Shown: positions 50,793-63,557 of the stretch, one piece after another
Layout: each line of letters opens with the position of its first letter
How positions within the stretch are numbered: the stretch's first letter is position 1
Source: Podarcis vaucheri
Lineage: Eukaryota
Assembly (NCBI GenBank): GCA_965113315.1
Contig: OZ220372.1
DNA: 64,000 nucleotides
Reading direction: 5' to 3' (one strand)
Translations under genes and position numbers: made by a program
The notes under the pieces: model-generated
The model's database searches: none
The model's input: the letters and a program-made list of their open reading frames with translations, nothing else
Told to the model about the DNA's origin: nothing

Positions 50793-52967
50793 AACAAATC
50801 TTAGGTCTCTTCTGAATGTGAGCAAAGAGATTGTTTTTTAATCAGGCTTTCAGAAATAAAAATATAAAAAGCCCACCTTCGCCGAATTCTACTAATGTAT
50901 TCTAAGGAAACGCTTCTTCCACAGATTTACACTGGGGTCCAATACAAACCCTTTTAGAAGGTATTCAGATTTATTAGCAATGACCGGATGCGATCACAAA
51001 GCAACCCTGAGGAAGAAAAACTAACTGATTTCCCATTGAGTCATATTTGGATATGATCCAGTCGCTGTTCACAAAAGCAGACTGATTCATTAAGAAGCAT
51101 CAAATCCACACACAACTGAACAGAGGAAGATGCCTAAGCGCAACTTGTTTTAAAAAAAATTCCGCTGGCAAATTCATAGAATCATGAGCTCAGCAAATTA
51201 TTTCCACTTTGTCTTCTTTTTCCCTGGCAGTAACAACTTAACCATGCCAGATATTTCAGCTTTGCAATTAACCTTGATTCTATGAAGAGGATGCGTTCAG
51301 TGGATTATGCACGCTATTCTGCAAAACATTACTTTGGAGAAATGCTTGCAGTTGGATCTGATCATACACACGTGTGTGCCATTTAAACAATGAACAACAA
51401 CATTTAGAATTAACCCATTTAGTTTAGAAAGTGGATGCATGTTTTCAGGCAGGGACAGTATCAAACTGGGCTCCATCCTCAGAGTATGGGTGTGTGCCCA
51501 CTATATTCTTGTTCATGATCCTGCATTGATGACCCCCCTGCCTCCACAAAAGCACTGCTGGGCAAAACAACTCTTGGCTTATATGCAAGCATCACCTGCC
51601 TTCGCCTATTTACTTACCCAAACTGGCATTAGTTTTCAGTGTGTCACAATGATTTACATTCTTTTTCTTTCCATTCTAAAACTTAATCCTGATCAAACAA
51701 AATACCTATGAAGGACTGATTTATCTTTAACAAAGCTCTGAGCAGCATAAACATTACTGCTTTCTTTTAAAAAACATAATGGATACAGAGGACTTGAGAA
51801 TAAATGATACGCGTGATCTTCACCGTTTACTCCTCTTGTCCTTTGGCATCACCACTTTCTACCCTGCTCATCAGTTATGAAGCCTAGGCTCTCTCTTTGT
51901 CTCTTCTCTCTCCTTTTATGCCTGTCCCCCTCCACCCATAATCCATCCATCTCCAAATCATGACTCTGATCCCTTTACATGATTACAAACACACGTCAAA
52001 TACCAACAGGTGGTGGAAAATCCAGTCATTGCCACCTTGTAGCAAAAGCCTAAAGTTCCCAAAGGTTCCTTTTCACTTAAGGAGTCTCACAGAAGTCTTC
52101 GGCTGCATATACACCATATATTTAAAGCACACAACTTCCCCCAAAGAATTCTGGGAATGGTAGTTCACTTATTACAAAGCTACTACTGTTCCCGATACTC
52201 TTGCGGGGATGAGATGGGCTTTAAATGTACACAGCCTTCCACTCAGAGGGAGTCCCCTTTGTGAGAGGAATTATCCTTCCAAAAGGAAGCTGTGGTTTTG
52301 TTTTCTAAACCATATTGCTTCAGGCAGCACCAAAACCAGCAAACTTGAAATAAGACACAGCACGTCTTCAAGACCATCAGAGGAACAAACAAACAAACAA
52401 AAAGTTAATGAATCCAGTAAAGAGAGGAAGACTTACACTCTGGAAGACCAGCAGATAAAACAATGTTGTGTTTTTAAACTGTGCTGTTGCTACAAAGTGA
52501 AGCTCCTAAGATTTTTGTGTGGCCTAATCACTGAGTACTTCCTAATGAGGTAGCTATTGAGTAACACCTGGTGGGGATGAAACTAGCTCTAACGCATGTG
52601 CAGAAGATGCAAATAGTTTCTGACAGACATGATGGATTCTGCTGTGAATCTGGTACTGCTGTGCAGGCTTCTGTATTCTCAGAATATCTGTTCGGATTAT
52701 ATGGATTACTACAAATACAAGAAAAGCCTAAAATCCTTTCTCCTCCAAACCAAGGGAAGGACCAGAGCTCACCGGTAGGGCACATGGCCCCAGATTAAAT
52801 CCCAAGCATGCCCAGGGGGGCATGGGGGGGATAGGAATCAGATAGCATGGCTGGCAAAGAACTCTCTTTGCCCCAAATCCTGGACAGCAGCTTCCAGTCA
52901 AAGTACGCAACACTTAGGGTAGATGGACAAAATAGCCTGAACTGGTATTATGCAGCTTCCTATGTCA

Positions 52968-53270
52968 AACCCTCCAAGTGTCCCTGTTTTCCTGGGACAC
53001 TCCCGGATTTACAGAAGCTGTCCCAGTTTCTGATTTAATTCCAGAATGTCCTGCTTTTCCTTAGGACGTCCCTATTTTCATTGGAGGGTATGGAGTTATG
53101 CAACCCCTGAGCCATGAGGAGATAAGTAACTGTATAACCTTTAGAAGACGTCTGAAGGCAGCCCGATATAGGAAAGTTTTTAAAATGTTTTATGTTTTAT
53201 TATGTTTTTATATATGTTGGAAGCTGCCTTGAGTGGGTGGGGCAACCCAGTCAGATGGAAGGGGTAGAAA

Positions 53271-53302
<32 letters not shown>

Positions 53303-53345
53303 TGAATAGGATGTCCCTATTTTCATTGAAGAAATGTTGGAGGAC
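52968..53345 (+). repeat. Unclassified interspersed repeat (same family as 15807-16566)
   Basis: ccctccaagtgtccct ... gtccctattttcatt ... atgttggagg; internal (CAT)n. Confidence 0.7.
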
Positions 53346-53563
53346 ATGCTATGTTCCTGTCAATACTCTCCTGAATTTTCCATCCTGTTGATAAAAACGT
53401 TCTCTTGTACTGTATATTACCTGCTTCTAATGTTGTCACCTGTAACTCTATATAACCTATTCTCAAATTTTCCAACTCTCCAGTTTTTTTTTAAATGCAA
53501 GAGTTTGAAAAAGTTTGACAAAATATTTTAAAAATTAGAAAATGAACTAAACTTTACTTCTGT

Positions 53564-53601
53564 GTATCTGAAGAAGTGTGCATGCACACGAAAGCTCATA
53601 C
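53564..53601 (+). ncRNA. Minimal type I hammerhead ribozyme motif in a short Penelope-like 3' end (~53555-53645)
   Basis: Helix I GUAU/AUAC, CUGAAGA 53568-53574, stem II GUGUG-CAUG-CACAC, GAAA 53590-53593, palindromic AGCU helix III, CUC site ending 53597. Confidence 0.75.
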
Positions 53602-55451
53602 CAAGAACTAACTTAGTTGGTCTTTAAGGTGCTACTGGAAGGAATTTTTTTTCATTTAAACTTTACTAAAACACTGCTATTTTCAGCAGCACCGTACCAT
53701 TTGATACTCTTGAAATACACCTTGATTTTCTTGGCTGGAAATAACATAATCTGTCAGATAATTGTCTGTGTCAGGGCACAGACCACAAATCATAGAATTA
53801 TAGTGTTGGAAGGGCCCACGAGGGACATCTAGTCCAACTCCCTGCAATGCAAGAATCTTCTGCTCAAACCCATGGCCCTGAGATTACTTTTAAGGGGAGG
53901 CTGTCAAACTACATTTTTGTAGGAAACAAATGTTATTTTTGCATTAGCAAAGCTCAAATTGTTTTAAGCGATATGTAACCATGCATTCTGCTGATTTCAT
54001 GTTTTGCCCTTCACTATAGATTAGAATATTTAGAATAGCAGTCAGCTTCAGTTACATTCCCCAGTTTTTTTGCACTATCGCTCGAGCCATAAACACAAGG
54101 AAATTTGTAAAATCCAAACCAAACATCCTTGTTTATGCCAATTTAGAAATAAAACAAACAATCATGAAACTTATCTGTAATGATGGGTAATAGATTCTTT
54201 TCTCCCAAAGCTTTCTCAAAGAGCAAAACATTTGGAAGGGGAATTCTAGCTTGCGCAGCCATGAAAATAATATTTTAAAAAAACAAACACACAGCTGATT
54301 CGTACCAAGCAAGCTGAAAATGGTTATTTATTAATGTTATGGTTATCATTGTTCCAGTTGTTGCAATGTCTGGGGCAACAACATTCGAAATCACATTTTT
54401 CCTTGTACTTAACTCACAGTGCCATCTACTGGGCTTCATGGAAACCCAATATTTGATGTATTTATCAAACATGAAGAAACCAGGCAAACTTCCACATGCT
54501 CAAGTCTTTGGGCATCATTTCTTAAAGAGAGAATGAATTCCATCACTTTGCTCTTATTGCTTTGGATGTCAATAAAAGTTCCAATTAGTGTCAGTTGAGA
54601 TCTGGACAACAGTTGGCGGGTAACTGAAGGGAGACCACCAGCTCATGTTAAATTGCCTTCTGAATAGCCATCAAATGGTAATCACTTTTCATCACTGGGC
54701 TGCATTTGAACCAGTGACCTAGAGGTGGAAAAAATGTCCTCTCGGATTACTGACTGCTCCGTTAATCCAGGGAACTTTTGCATATTTCGTGGGAGCTTCA
54801 GGACGCAACAGACGGGAAGAGTTTGAGAAAACAGGAACAAATGTTGTTGTTGTTTTAAATTATACTCCCTCTCCACTAATCAATGCCACGAAGAAATCCA
54901 CTTTCAAATGTTGAAAAAGTGACGCAATGCGATTGGCAGTTTCTTGGGAACAACCATAATGTATATAGGGACCACGTGCTGCCCTTCACTATGGTTGCAG
55001 TGCTGTGTTACAGCACAATACAACACAATCATGATTGGTGCATAATGAAACCTTGCTAATTCAGGGTGCCATTGTGGATTGGGGTTCCGACTTGACATGT
55101 ATTATTGAGAGCTGAGTGGGCAAGCTGCGAGGAGCTGAGCTTGACCCACTTGTGGCCTGTCCAGATATTTGGTGCAGCATAAAGACAGAGTGCAAGGACA
55201 AAGGGGGGGGGATTGCTGTGGTCCACAAAACTTGCATTTCTAACACCAGGACACCCCTCCATCTTGGAGCTGGACGTGAGGGCCTGCAACTGGTGTCGAG
55301 CCAAGGAGACAGTAAAACTAAGGTTGAGTGGTGTCCCATGCATCCTGCTGTCTTGCCGGTTCTAGCAAGCAGCGCAGGTGTGGTTTTGGAGGAACCCAGA
55401 ATTCTGGGTAGTTGTAATGTAGATGCTGCTGCTGCCTTAGTGTTAGGGTGC

Positions 55452-55825
55452 AGATGGCGTTATGGTCTAAACCACTGATCGTCTTGGGTTTGCCGATCAG
55501 GTCGGCGGTTTGAATCCGCATGACGGGGTGTTACCATTGCTCTGTCCCAGCTCCTGCCAACCTAGCAGTTCGAAAGCACGCCAGTGCAAGTAGATAAATA
55601 GGTACCACCTGTGGGAGGAAGGTAAATGGCGTTTCCGTGCACTCTGGTTTCCGTCACAGTGTTCCATTGCACCAGCAGTTTAGTCATGCTGGCCACATGA
55701 CATGGAAAGCTGTCTGTGGACAAACACCGGCTCCTTCAGCCTGAAAGCGAGATGAGCGCCGCAACCCCATAGTCGCCTTTGACTGGACTTAACCATCCAG
55801 AGGTCCATTGCCTTTTTTTACCTTT
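55452..55825 (+). mobile_element. Sauria SINE (older variant)
   Basis: Core cctagcagttcgaaagcacgccagtgcaagtagataaatagg; TSD ttagtgtt. Confidence 0.85.
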
Positions 55826-55949
55826 TAGTGTTCTGGCTCATGACTTCCAGGCCTCCAGGAAGTCCACAGGACTGTCTCAAGGTGTTGTCCATTGGACAAA
55901 GAGGGTACGTTATACCTTCAGTTTGGTCTTCACTTCAGATGAAGGGATT

Positions 55950-57910
55950 ATTTGGAAACAGGGTTATATGTGATCATGCTTAGATCACCTCTTGGTGAAA
56001 TTTGGACTTGCAGCGCTTTGACCCTCCCTCACCACCACTGGGGTATGGAGGGTGGACAGATTTGGAAGGTCTGCAGCTGATGACTAATACAATGAATTCC
56101 TTAATGCTCCTGGTGATTTTTCAGTGGATAGAGCAGGTGACCTGGTTGAAGCCCTTTCTCCCTGTTGAACACAGAGATGCACTGAACTCTTGGCATCACC
56201 ACCCCCCAAGCACCCTCTCCAGCACTAAAAGCCTGTTCTGCCCCTTGGTATACCAAGGAACGAAGGCTGATAAAACAAGATGAGCATAGGTGGCAAAAAG
56301 CAGGCTGTGAAGCCAAATGAGCATGAGAGCACGGTTCTGGCTGCTGTGCGGCGGTGAGGGGAGTGGAACTTTTTAAATATTGTTGAGGTCCTGCTCACAT
56401 CTCCTCCAGGAAATGGAGCTTCAGGAGTGCACTTTAGTTTGATTCCATTGCACTTTGAGGATAGAACCACTCCCCTCAAGAGTGATTTTGAAATTTATTG
56501 CAGACTCCAGGAAAGTATTCGGCGCAGTATCTACTGTGACACCATGGCATCAGGTTCTCTTGATATAGCCTAATGTCATGGCTAAGGTGCTTGCTATTGT
56601 GTGCCCATTTTTTGTCTTGCTCCTTCTGACTTATTAAAGGGGTATGGCTAGGAGGACAACACGTCCTTGCAGGAGCATGTGGTCCCAGCCTTCTTGAAAA
56701 AAGGCTACGTTTTGACCTGAAAAAGCTCAGTGACCCTTTAATTCTCCCTTGGGTGTGAGGGAAGGTGATTGAGGGGGTCATGGTGAGACTGTTGCAAGCA
56801 CTCTTGGATGAAAGAGTATCTTGATGCATTTTAGTCAAGGTTCAGGCCTTATTACTGAATCAGCCCTGTTGTTCTGATAAATGGCCGCCTTCAAAAGGAC
56901 AGGGGGAATGTGCATTATTTTTACTTGAACTCTCCATGGGTTGCAGTACAATGGCATTTCCCTGAGCTGACTCATTGGTTCCAGTTCTATCTTCAGGATC
57001 AGTGATTCATTTTTGGTTCCCTGGCACATGTGCTGCAAGGTACCTTGGTCTCTTTAGCTTATATATGAAGCTGTTGGCAGTGATTATTAGATTTGGGGCC
57101 TATTTCTCTAGCCTAGCATCTGAAGCAGGAGAGGCCATGCAAGCCCTCGACCAGTAGCTGAACTCAGTGATGGACTAGATGAGGGCCAGCAAAGAAAGCT
57201 TGAATTCTGGCAAGACAGGGGGATTGTGAACTGAGTCTGAATAATTGGTCAACTGCTTGCTTTGGATGGAGCTGTACTCAGGTTCTAGCTTGTGGGTGTT
57301 CCTGGATCCATCTTTGGCACCAACAGCGCAGGTGACCTCAGCAGTTAAAAGGGGTAAAGGGGACCCTGACCATTAGGTCCAGTCGTGCCCAACTCTGGGG
57401 TTGCGGCGCTCATCTCGCTTTATTGGCTGAGGGAGCCGGCATACAGCTTCCGGGTCATGTGGCCAGCATGACTAAGCCGCTTCTGGCGAACCAGAGCAGC
57501 GCACGGAAACGCCGTTTACCTTCCCGCTGGAGTGGTAGCTATTTATCTACTTGCACTGCGTGCTTTCAAACTGTTAGGTTGGCAGGAGCTGGGACCGAGC
57601 AACGGGAGCTCACCCCGTCATGGGGATTCGAAACGCCGACCTTCTGATTGGCAAGTCCTAGGCTCTGTGGTTTAACCCACAGCGCCACCCACATCCCGTG
57701 TCTCGCCCTCAGCAGTTAGGAATTCCTCTAAACAGCTTCACCTGGTATGACAGCTATGGCTATTTCTGAACTTGGACTGCCATCCATGCACTGGCAATCT
57801 CCATGTTGGATTACTGCATGGTGTTCTGTGGGACAGCCTCTGAGGCTGACCAGTGAGCTGCAGCCTAGTACAAAATGCAGCAGCTTGATGGCTCATGTTC
57901 AACATGTCTG
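55950..57910 (+). mobile_element. Highly degraded L2-type LINE remnant (boundaries approximate)
   Basis: 3' part catgcactggcaatctccatgttggattactgca...ctgcagcctagtacaaaatgcagcagc resembles the L2 HAL..SRLDYCN...LQLVQNAAAR motif; interrupted by a SINE. Confidence 0.55.
57348..57706 (-). mobile_element. Sauria SINE, full length
   Basis: Reverse complement of the 20045 copy; TSD cctcagcagtta. Confidence 0.92.
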
Positions 57911-58284
57911 CTAGCCATGGTTGCTGTGTATAACCTCTGGTACTGGAGGCGGTATGTTTCTGAATACCATTTGCTAGGGAGAGCAAGAAGGAGAAGTTGC
58001 TGTTGCGCTCATGTCTATCTTGTGGGATTCCCACAGGCATCTGGCTGGTCACTGTAGGGAACAGGATGCTGGACTAGGTAGGCCCTTGGTCTGATCCAGC
58101 AGAGTTCTTTTTAGGTTTGGGAGAGGGATGGAGGTTAGCAAAGCCAGGCAGCATCAGGCATAAACACCAGCAGTGCTGGTGCACTGTAGTGCTCCTTGCA
58201 CTACACACAGTCCTCCTTCACAACCCATGCATTCTCACAAACACGGAAACCCGAATCCGTTCCACATCCAGCTTTTTAAAACTA

Positions 58285-58517
58285 CAATGGTACCTCTGGA
58301 TACGAACAGGATCCGTTCTGGAGCTCCGTTCGCATCCTGAAGCGAACGCAACCCGCGTCTGCATGTGTGCGGGTCGCTGCTTCTGCGCATGACGTCATTT
58401 TGACTGCCTGTGCATGCGGTGAAACCCGGAAGTAACATGTTCCATTACTCCCAGGTCACCGCAGAGCACAACCTGAAAATGCTCAACCCGAAGCAACTTC
58501 AACCCGAGGTATGATTG
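58285..58517. mobile_element. Tc1/mariner-type MITE (diverged)
   Basis: caatggtacctc ... gaggtatgattg, TA flanks. Confidence 0.7.
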
Positions 58518-59343
58518 TACAGTGTACAACTTGCCATTAACATATGAGGACATTTGCAATGCTAAATTCAATACATGTGTTATTGGCTAAAAATACCTAT
58601 TTCGAGTAGGATGTAAGTGAATCTGAGCAGCTACATGTTAGTCATGAGCAATTCCAAGTCAATTCAATGGAGTTTACTCCCATGTATGTGTGTGCAGGAC
58701 TACAGACTAACAGTGTAATCCTAGGCATGTCTACTCAGAAGTAAGCCCCAGGGATTTCAATATTGCTTATTCCAAAACAACTGTGTAATGGGCTGCAGAC
58801 TTAGAGCTACTGCTTTCAAGGGAATAATGGGGCTACAACTCTCTGTACTCTCAGCTAGGATCTCAACAGAACAAAACTGGATTGGGCTGCACAGCATATA
58901 CTTAGCTCTGAACCACTGAAATTAAAGAGGCATAAAACCTTTGAAGTGGTGAGCATGCTGATGATGATCTTCTGTGGAGGTACGCAAGAAGGAAATGAGG
59001 AGGAGTGCCCAGCCCATTAAGAGGGCAAATCTCCCAATTCGCATACTCCTGTCTAGTAGATTCCAACTGTGGATCCCTATCCCGCACCACATAAAAATAA
59101 ACTTTTCTGCCGGGACGTGGTACCAGCACCCAGATGGAAGCACACATTGTTTATGATGAGCACAATCCACAGAGAATTAGTTGGGACTGAATTCCATTAA
59201 AATCACTGGGTCTTAAAGCATTTGACCAGTCCCATTGTTTTGGAAAGCATAGACCTACCTAACTTAGAATGTGCTCACTCTGTTCAGGCTGACTGTTTTC
59301 TAGTTTGTGCAGGATGTAAAATGCATACTAAACACGTGAAAGT

Positions 59344-59349
59344 TTTATT
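59344..59349 (-). terminator. LLPH polyadenylation signal
   Basis: AATAAA on - strand about 210 nt after the stop codon. Confidence 0.65.
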
Positions 59350-59556
59350 AAATCAAAAGTATTCCAAGGTGCCTCCAAACTGACATCCACAAGGTGACAG
59401 TCCAAGCGTCTGAAGCAAGAAATTAGTCATTTGAAGCAAACAGTGAAAAGGGCAGTAATGGTTTAAGTCACATTTTGTTTTGTTTTTGTGGCTGCCTTTT
59501 TGACATAAAAGTCTTCCACAAACACACATGACTTTTTTTTGAAATTCACCCAGACT

Positions 59557-59720
59557 CTACCATGCTAATCCCTTAGGTGGTTTGTGCTTATTCTTCCCTT
59601 TGGTCCGCTTTGACTTGAGCTTCTTCCTCTGCCTGGGATTCATCCATACTGGATACTGTCCATGTTCATCCAGAAGGGTTTTTTGGTTTCTTTTTGAATC
59701 CATGTCCATCTTACTCCCTT
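59557..59720 (-). CDS. LLPH: LLPH (LLP homolog), last coding exon
   Basis: Acceptor ttttccag; phase-compatible with the previous exon; [36 protein letters not shown]...KGLAW* matches the LLPH C-terminus. Confidence 0.96.
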
Positions 59721-60110
59721 CTGGAAAAGAAAGGGGGGGGGGAACACTTAAGGAAGTATGAGCAGTGTGAACGGTTACAGCAGCTAGCGCTGAAAGCAAA
59801 TCAAAAGATGTCGGAAGAAATAAGAGAAATGATTCAGGCTACTACTAATACTGACTGGTTGTGGGAGGAGAGAAGAACTGGAAAGAGGATGGTGTGAGAA
59901 AGTATGGGGATATTATATATATTTTATAAATATTCCCCTCTGCTTTGTTCTTCCTATATTTAACTTCAGATGCTGAAGCCTTTGGGCACACAGGCAACAG
60001 TCCCATAGAAAGTGCCCAGCATTTGAATAAAGAAAGCTATGGATCAGAATACACTTGGGAGAGCACAGCAAATTTCTTCTACAAAGATTCCTTTGGCCGC
60101 ACAACATATA

Positions 60111-60336
60111 CAGTGGTACCTCGGGTTAAGTACTTAATTTGTTCCGGAGGTCCGTTCTTAACCTGAAATTGTTCTTAAGCTGAAGCACCACTTTAGCTAA
60201 TGGGGCCTCCTGCTGCTGCTGCGCCGCCGGAGCACAATTTCTGTTGTCATCCTGAAGCGAGTTTCTTAACCTGAAGCACTATTTCTGGGTTAGCGGAGTC
60301 TGTAACCTGAAGCGTATGGAACCTGAGGTACCACTG
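60111..60336. mobile_element. Tc1/mariner-type MITE (family A) in LLPH intron
   Basis: cagtggtacctcgggtt ... aacctgaggtaccactg, TA flanks. Confidence 0.9.
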
Positions 60337-60577
60337 TACTGGCTAAACTTGTCAAGGAAGCAGTTGCATTCCTACAGTAGCAATGGCTGAACTTCATTAA
60401 TAGAGACGTTGAGAGATTTGGCAAACAAAAAGAGGGGGTGGGAATGAGAAAAGCGCACATCAAATGAATTAGAGGAAGAGCGTTTCTGGCAAAGGATGTA
60501 TGTAATATTTGCTTCCCACTTTTCAGAGCTGATTTGTGGCATTCCTTAGAGCAAAAGCAAAAAATAGGTCAACTCAC

Positions 60578-60767
60578 CCTCCTGATCCTCCTTCTTTATG
60601 ACTTTCTCAGCAGGAAGGACAGTTGCTATCTCTTTCACCTCATCCATTAGAACATCAGCGTTTGTTTTGAGGATGTTCTGCAATCTGGCAAGCTCCTTGG
60701 GGGCATTTTTCTTTCTCTTCTCTGCCCGCATCTTTCGCTTCCATTTACTCCTCAAGCTTTTTGCCAT
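60578..60767 (-). CDS. LLPH: LLPH (LLP homolog), first coding exon
   Basis: ATG at 60767; [25 protein letters not shown] is the LLPH N-terminus; donor G|gtgagt, phase 1; spliced CDS 190+164=354 nt, 117 aa. Confidence 0.97.
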
Positions 60768-61181
60768 TTTTTTGTTTACTTCTATGAAGAGGAAAACACA
60801 GGGCAAGACGTAACCCACTGTTTGCCAGTGCAGCACCCCACAGCTGCACAGGTACCCACATTAAGGCAGGCCAATGCAGGAGAAAGGAGAGGAACAAAGG
60901 AAAGGAGAAAGGGAGGGGGGATACCTCCAGGTACACAAAGTAAATCTTTCTTCCACAGCCCAAAACATTTCAGACCAAGTTCTGTTCAACTGATTTCTTG
61001 AACAACTAGGTTCAGTCCAAAATTAATTTCAAACCATGTTTGGAACACCAACTACAAACAAACTTGTGCAGCTGAAAGTCTCCTTCCTTTTCAGTTTGAT
61101 GCCTTTCTGCTTTTTCTTTCATGCTTCTGACAGCAATGCAGGGCACTATTTATGTATTATATTTATTTATATCCTCTAAGG

Positions 61182-61317
61182 CAGGGATAGGCAACCTTTG
61201 GCTCTCCAGATGTTTTGGACTACAATTCCCGTTATCCCTGACCACTGGTCTTGTTAGCTAGGGATCATGGGAGTTGTAGGCCAAAACATCTGGAGGGCCA
61301 AAGGTTGCCTATGCCTG
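61182..61317. mobile_element. hAT-type (URR1-like) hairpin MITE followed by (TAA)n
   Basis: Long inverted arms aggcaacctttggctctccagatgttttggactacaa / ttgtaggccaaaacatctggagggccaaaggttgcct. Confidence 0.85.
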
Positions 61318-61318
61318 C

Positions 61319-61373
<55 letters not shown>

Positions 61374-62279
61374 TTTTATTTATACCTCGCCCTCCCCGGC
61401 CAGAGCCAGGCTCAGAGCAGCTAACACCAATAAAATCACAAGAAAAACATAATGGGGGGGGGACCAATTTAAAATACAGGTTAAAGGCATTCAAGGTTGT
61501 GTGTGTGATTCTCTCCCTTCCTGATTTACAATACATCCCTGTGAGGTAACTTAGGCTGAGAGACCGTGACTGAATCCTGGGGTCTCCCAAGTCCTAGTCA
61601 GGCCCTCTAATCACTACAGTTCCCCTGTTGTTTTTTGGTGGGTGGAGGGGGTCTGGCCAGGCACTTTGAAGTCTAATTATTACTTTGATTTAATTATTTA
61701 TTACATTTGTATACCGTCCTTCATCCAAAGATCACAATCTAAGGTCCAATCTAACTTAAAAAAACAACAACAACCCAACCCAATCAGAACTGCAACACCT
61801 CTGAGCGACAGCTGCTGGGAAACACAGAAAGGGAGTGATGTGGTGCTCACTCCTTGCTTGGGGACACCTGGTTGGCCACTGCAGGAAACAGAGTGCTGGA
61901 CCAGATAGATATTTGGTCTAGGGTTGCCACCTTCATTCAGGCAAAATACAGGACATGGTGAGATGGGGCAGTTGGGGGCCGGTTTGTTGGTTGTTTCCCC
62001 CACCTGGTGCTGAAGTGACTTCAAAGCCTATGGCAGCCTCACAAGATGGCCCGTCTTGGAATTTGCCTCTCTCTCACACAGGCACATAAATCTGTAAATC
62101 TCCCTGTGTTTTGATACCCAGGACGGCTTAAATACATGACCTTTCACACACACACTTCCAAACACGTGCATTTGGAGAGGGTCTCTCACTTGGCAAATGG
62201 GTAGGGGGAAGAGACCTGAAATACAGGTCAAATTAACTCCATGCTACAGGACGTAGCATTTTTTACATTGAAATACAGG

Positions 62280-62960
62280 CCACGTGTCAACCCTACTTGG
62301 GTCCGACCCAGCAGGCGGGGCCCTCCCTGGGGGCTTACCTGTGGCCCCCGCTGGGAAACAGCCTGCGGACCCCTCCGCCAAAGAATAAGGGGAGGGGAGA
62401 CGGCGCGCGCAGAGAGAGAAACCAAAAGCAGCCGCACACCCCGCCTCCCCCCGATCTTTTCACCTGATCACGCGGAGCTCTCCCGTCCCCTGCGAAGAAA
62501 GCCACGCCGGCCGCAGCGCTTCTTCCGGAGCTGCGCGCGCAGGGGGGGGGGAAACGCGCCGCTTCCGGGAAAAGCAAGTCACGCCCCACCCGCCGCAGTG
62601 CCCAACAGCGCCCCCTGGCGAGTTCCTCCGGCACTGCGCAGTTCTGTAAATGACTGTAGGCAGGCTGGCGGCGCTGTTCCGTGGGAGGTGGGCTGACCTG
62701 CCCGTTGCTGTTTAATATACGCTTTATAAACGAAATTGCCCTGAATTGCAGGCTGGATACGTGGGGGGAGGTTGGTCACTCACGGCCCCCTGCGAGGAGT
62801 CTTTGGCAGGGGGCAGAGGTCCCCGCGCAGCGCAAGGGCAGCACTGCATAGCGATCCTGTTTTGCGTGCAACAAGCTTCCCACGTGTAACGCCCGGGAAG
62901 AGAGAGGGAGCGCCCGCTTCCTGGAGTCCTGACTCGCTGCTGCCAGTCAAAGTCTTGACA
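62280..62960 (-). promoter_or_regulatory. CpG-island promoter of LLPH
   Basis: High GC and CpG; ETS cttccgg at 62522 and 62562; NRF1-like ctgcgcgcgcag 62531-62542; SP/KLF-like cacgccccacc; CTCF-like motif at ~62605-62622. Confidence 0.85.
62339..62520 (-). other. LLPH: Probable non-coding first exon of LLPH (5' end approximate)
   Basis: Donor CAG|gtaagc with exon ending at 62339 inside the CpG island; alternative donor CAG|gtgaaa at 62464. Confidence 0.55.
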
Positions 62961-63557
62961 AGCTAGATGAGCCGGGTTAGTGGCCTGGCTCGCTGCAAGG
63001 CAGCTTCCCATGTGCTTTCAGGGACAGATTTTGAAGGACAGGTGTCAGGAGCAGGGAGCAGAGTTATTAGCCCTCCTCTCCGCCAGGTTATTTGATCACC
63101 CTTAATTGCCCCTTGAATTGAAAAGGGCAGGTGAGGAGGGCAAGCCACCCAGTGCTGTACTCTTTTTAACACTTGATTGGGAGCCGCCCAGAGTGGCTGG
63201 GGAAACTCAGCCAGATGGCCGGGGTATAAATGATATATTATTATTATTATTATGAATGGTAAAGGGGAACTTACATGAATTGGAAAAGGGAGCGCTTGGG
63301 ACACCACTGAGAGGAGGAAGGAAATATGCTCCCACCCACTGTTGACGCGATCTTTACGTTCCACTGTTTGCTCACATGTGGCAAAATATTGGGACCTTTT
63401 TTTATACACAACTGCCCTTTCCACTTTGATTTCCTAAACTGTCGGTCTGCCTCCTAGGGTTAATATACCATGTTAGACCCCAAGAGAACAAGCTCAGCCA
63501 AATCCCTGACTCTTTGCTTATCCTTAGACATTTTTGCTGAAAAGTACATTCACTCAA

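Noticed and set aside
60768-60836. N-terminal extension of LLPH in the ORF track
   Set aside because: Non-ATG start running through the intron acceptor; the conserved protein begins MAKSLRS at 60767
62241-63424. ORFs of 95-153 aa around the CpG island
   Set aside because: Stop-poor GC-rich promoter and repeat sequence with no recognisable protein similarity
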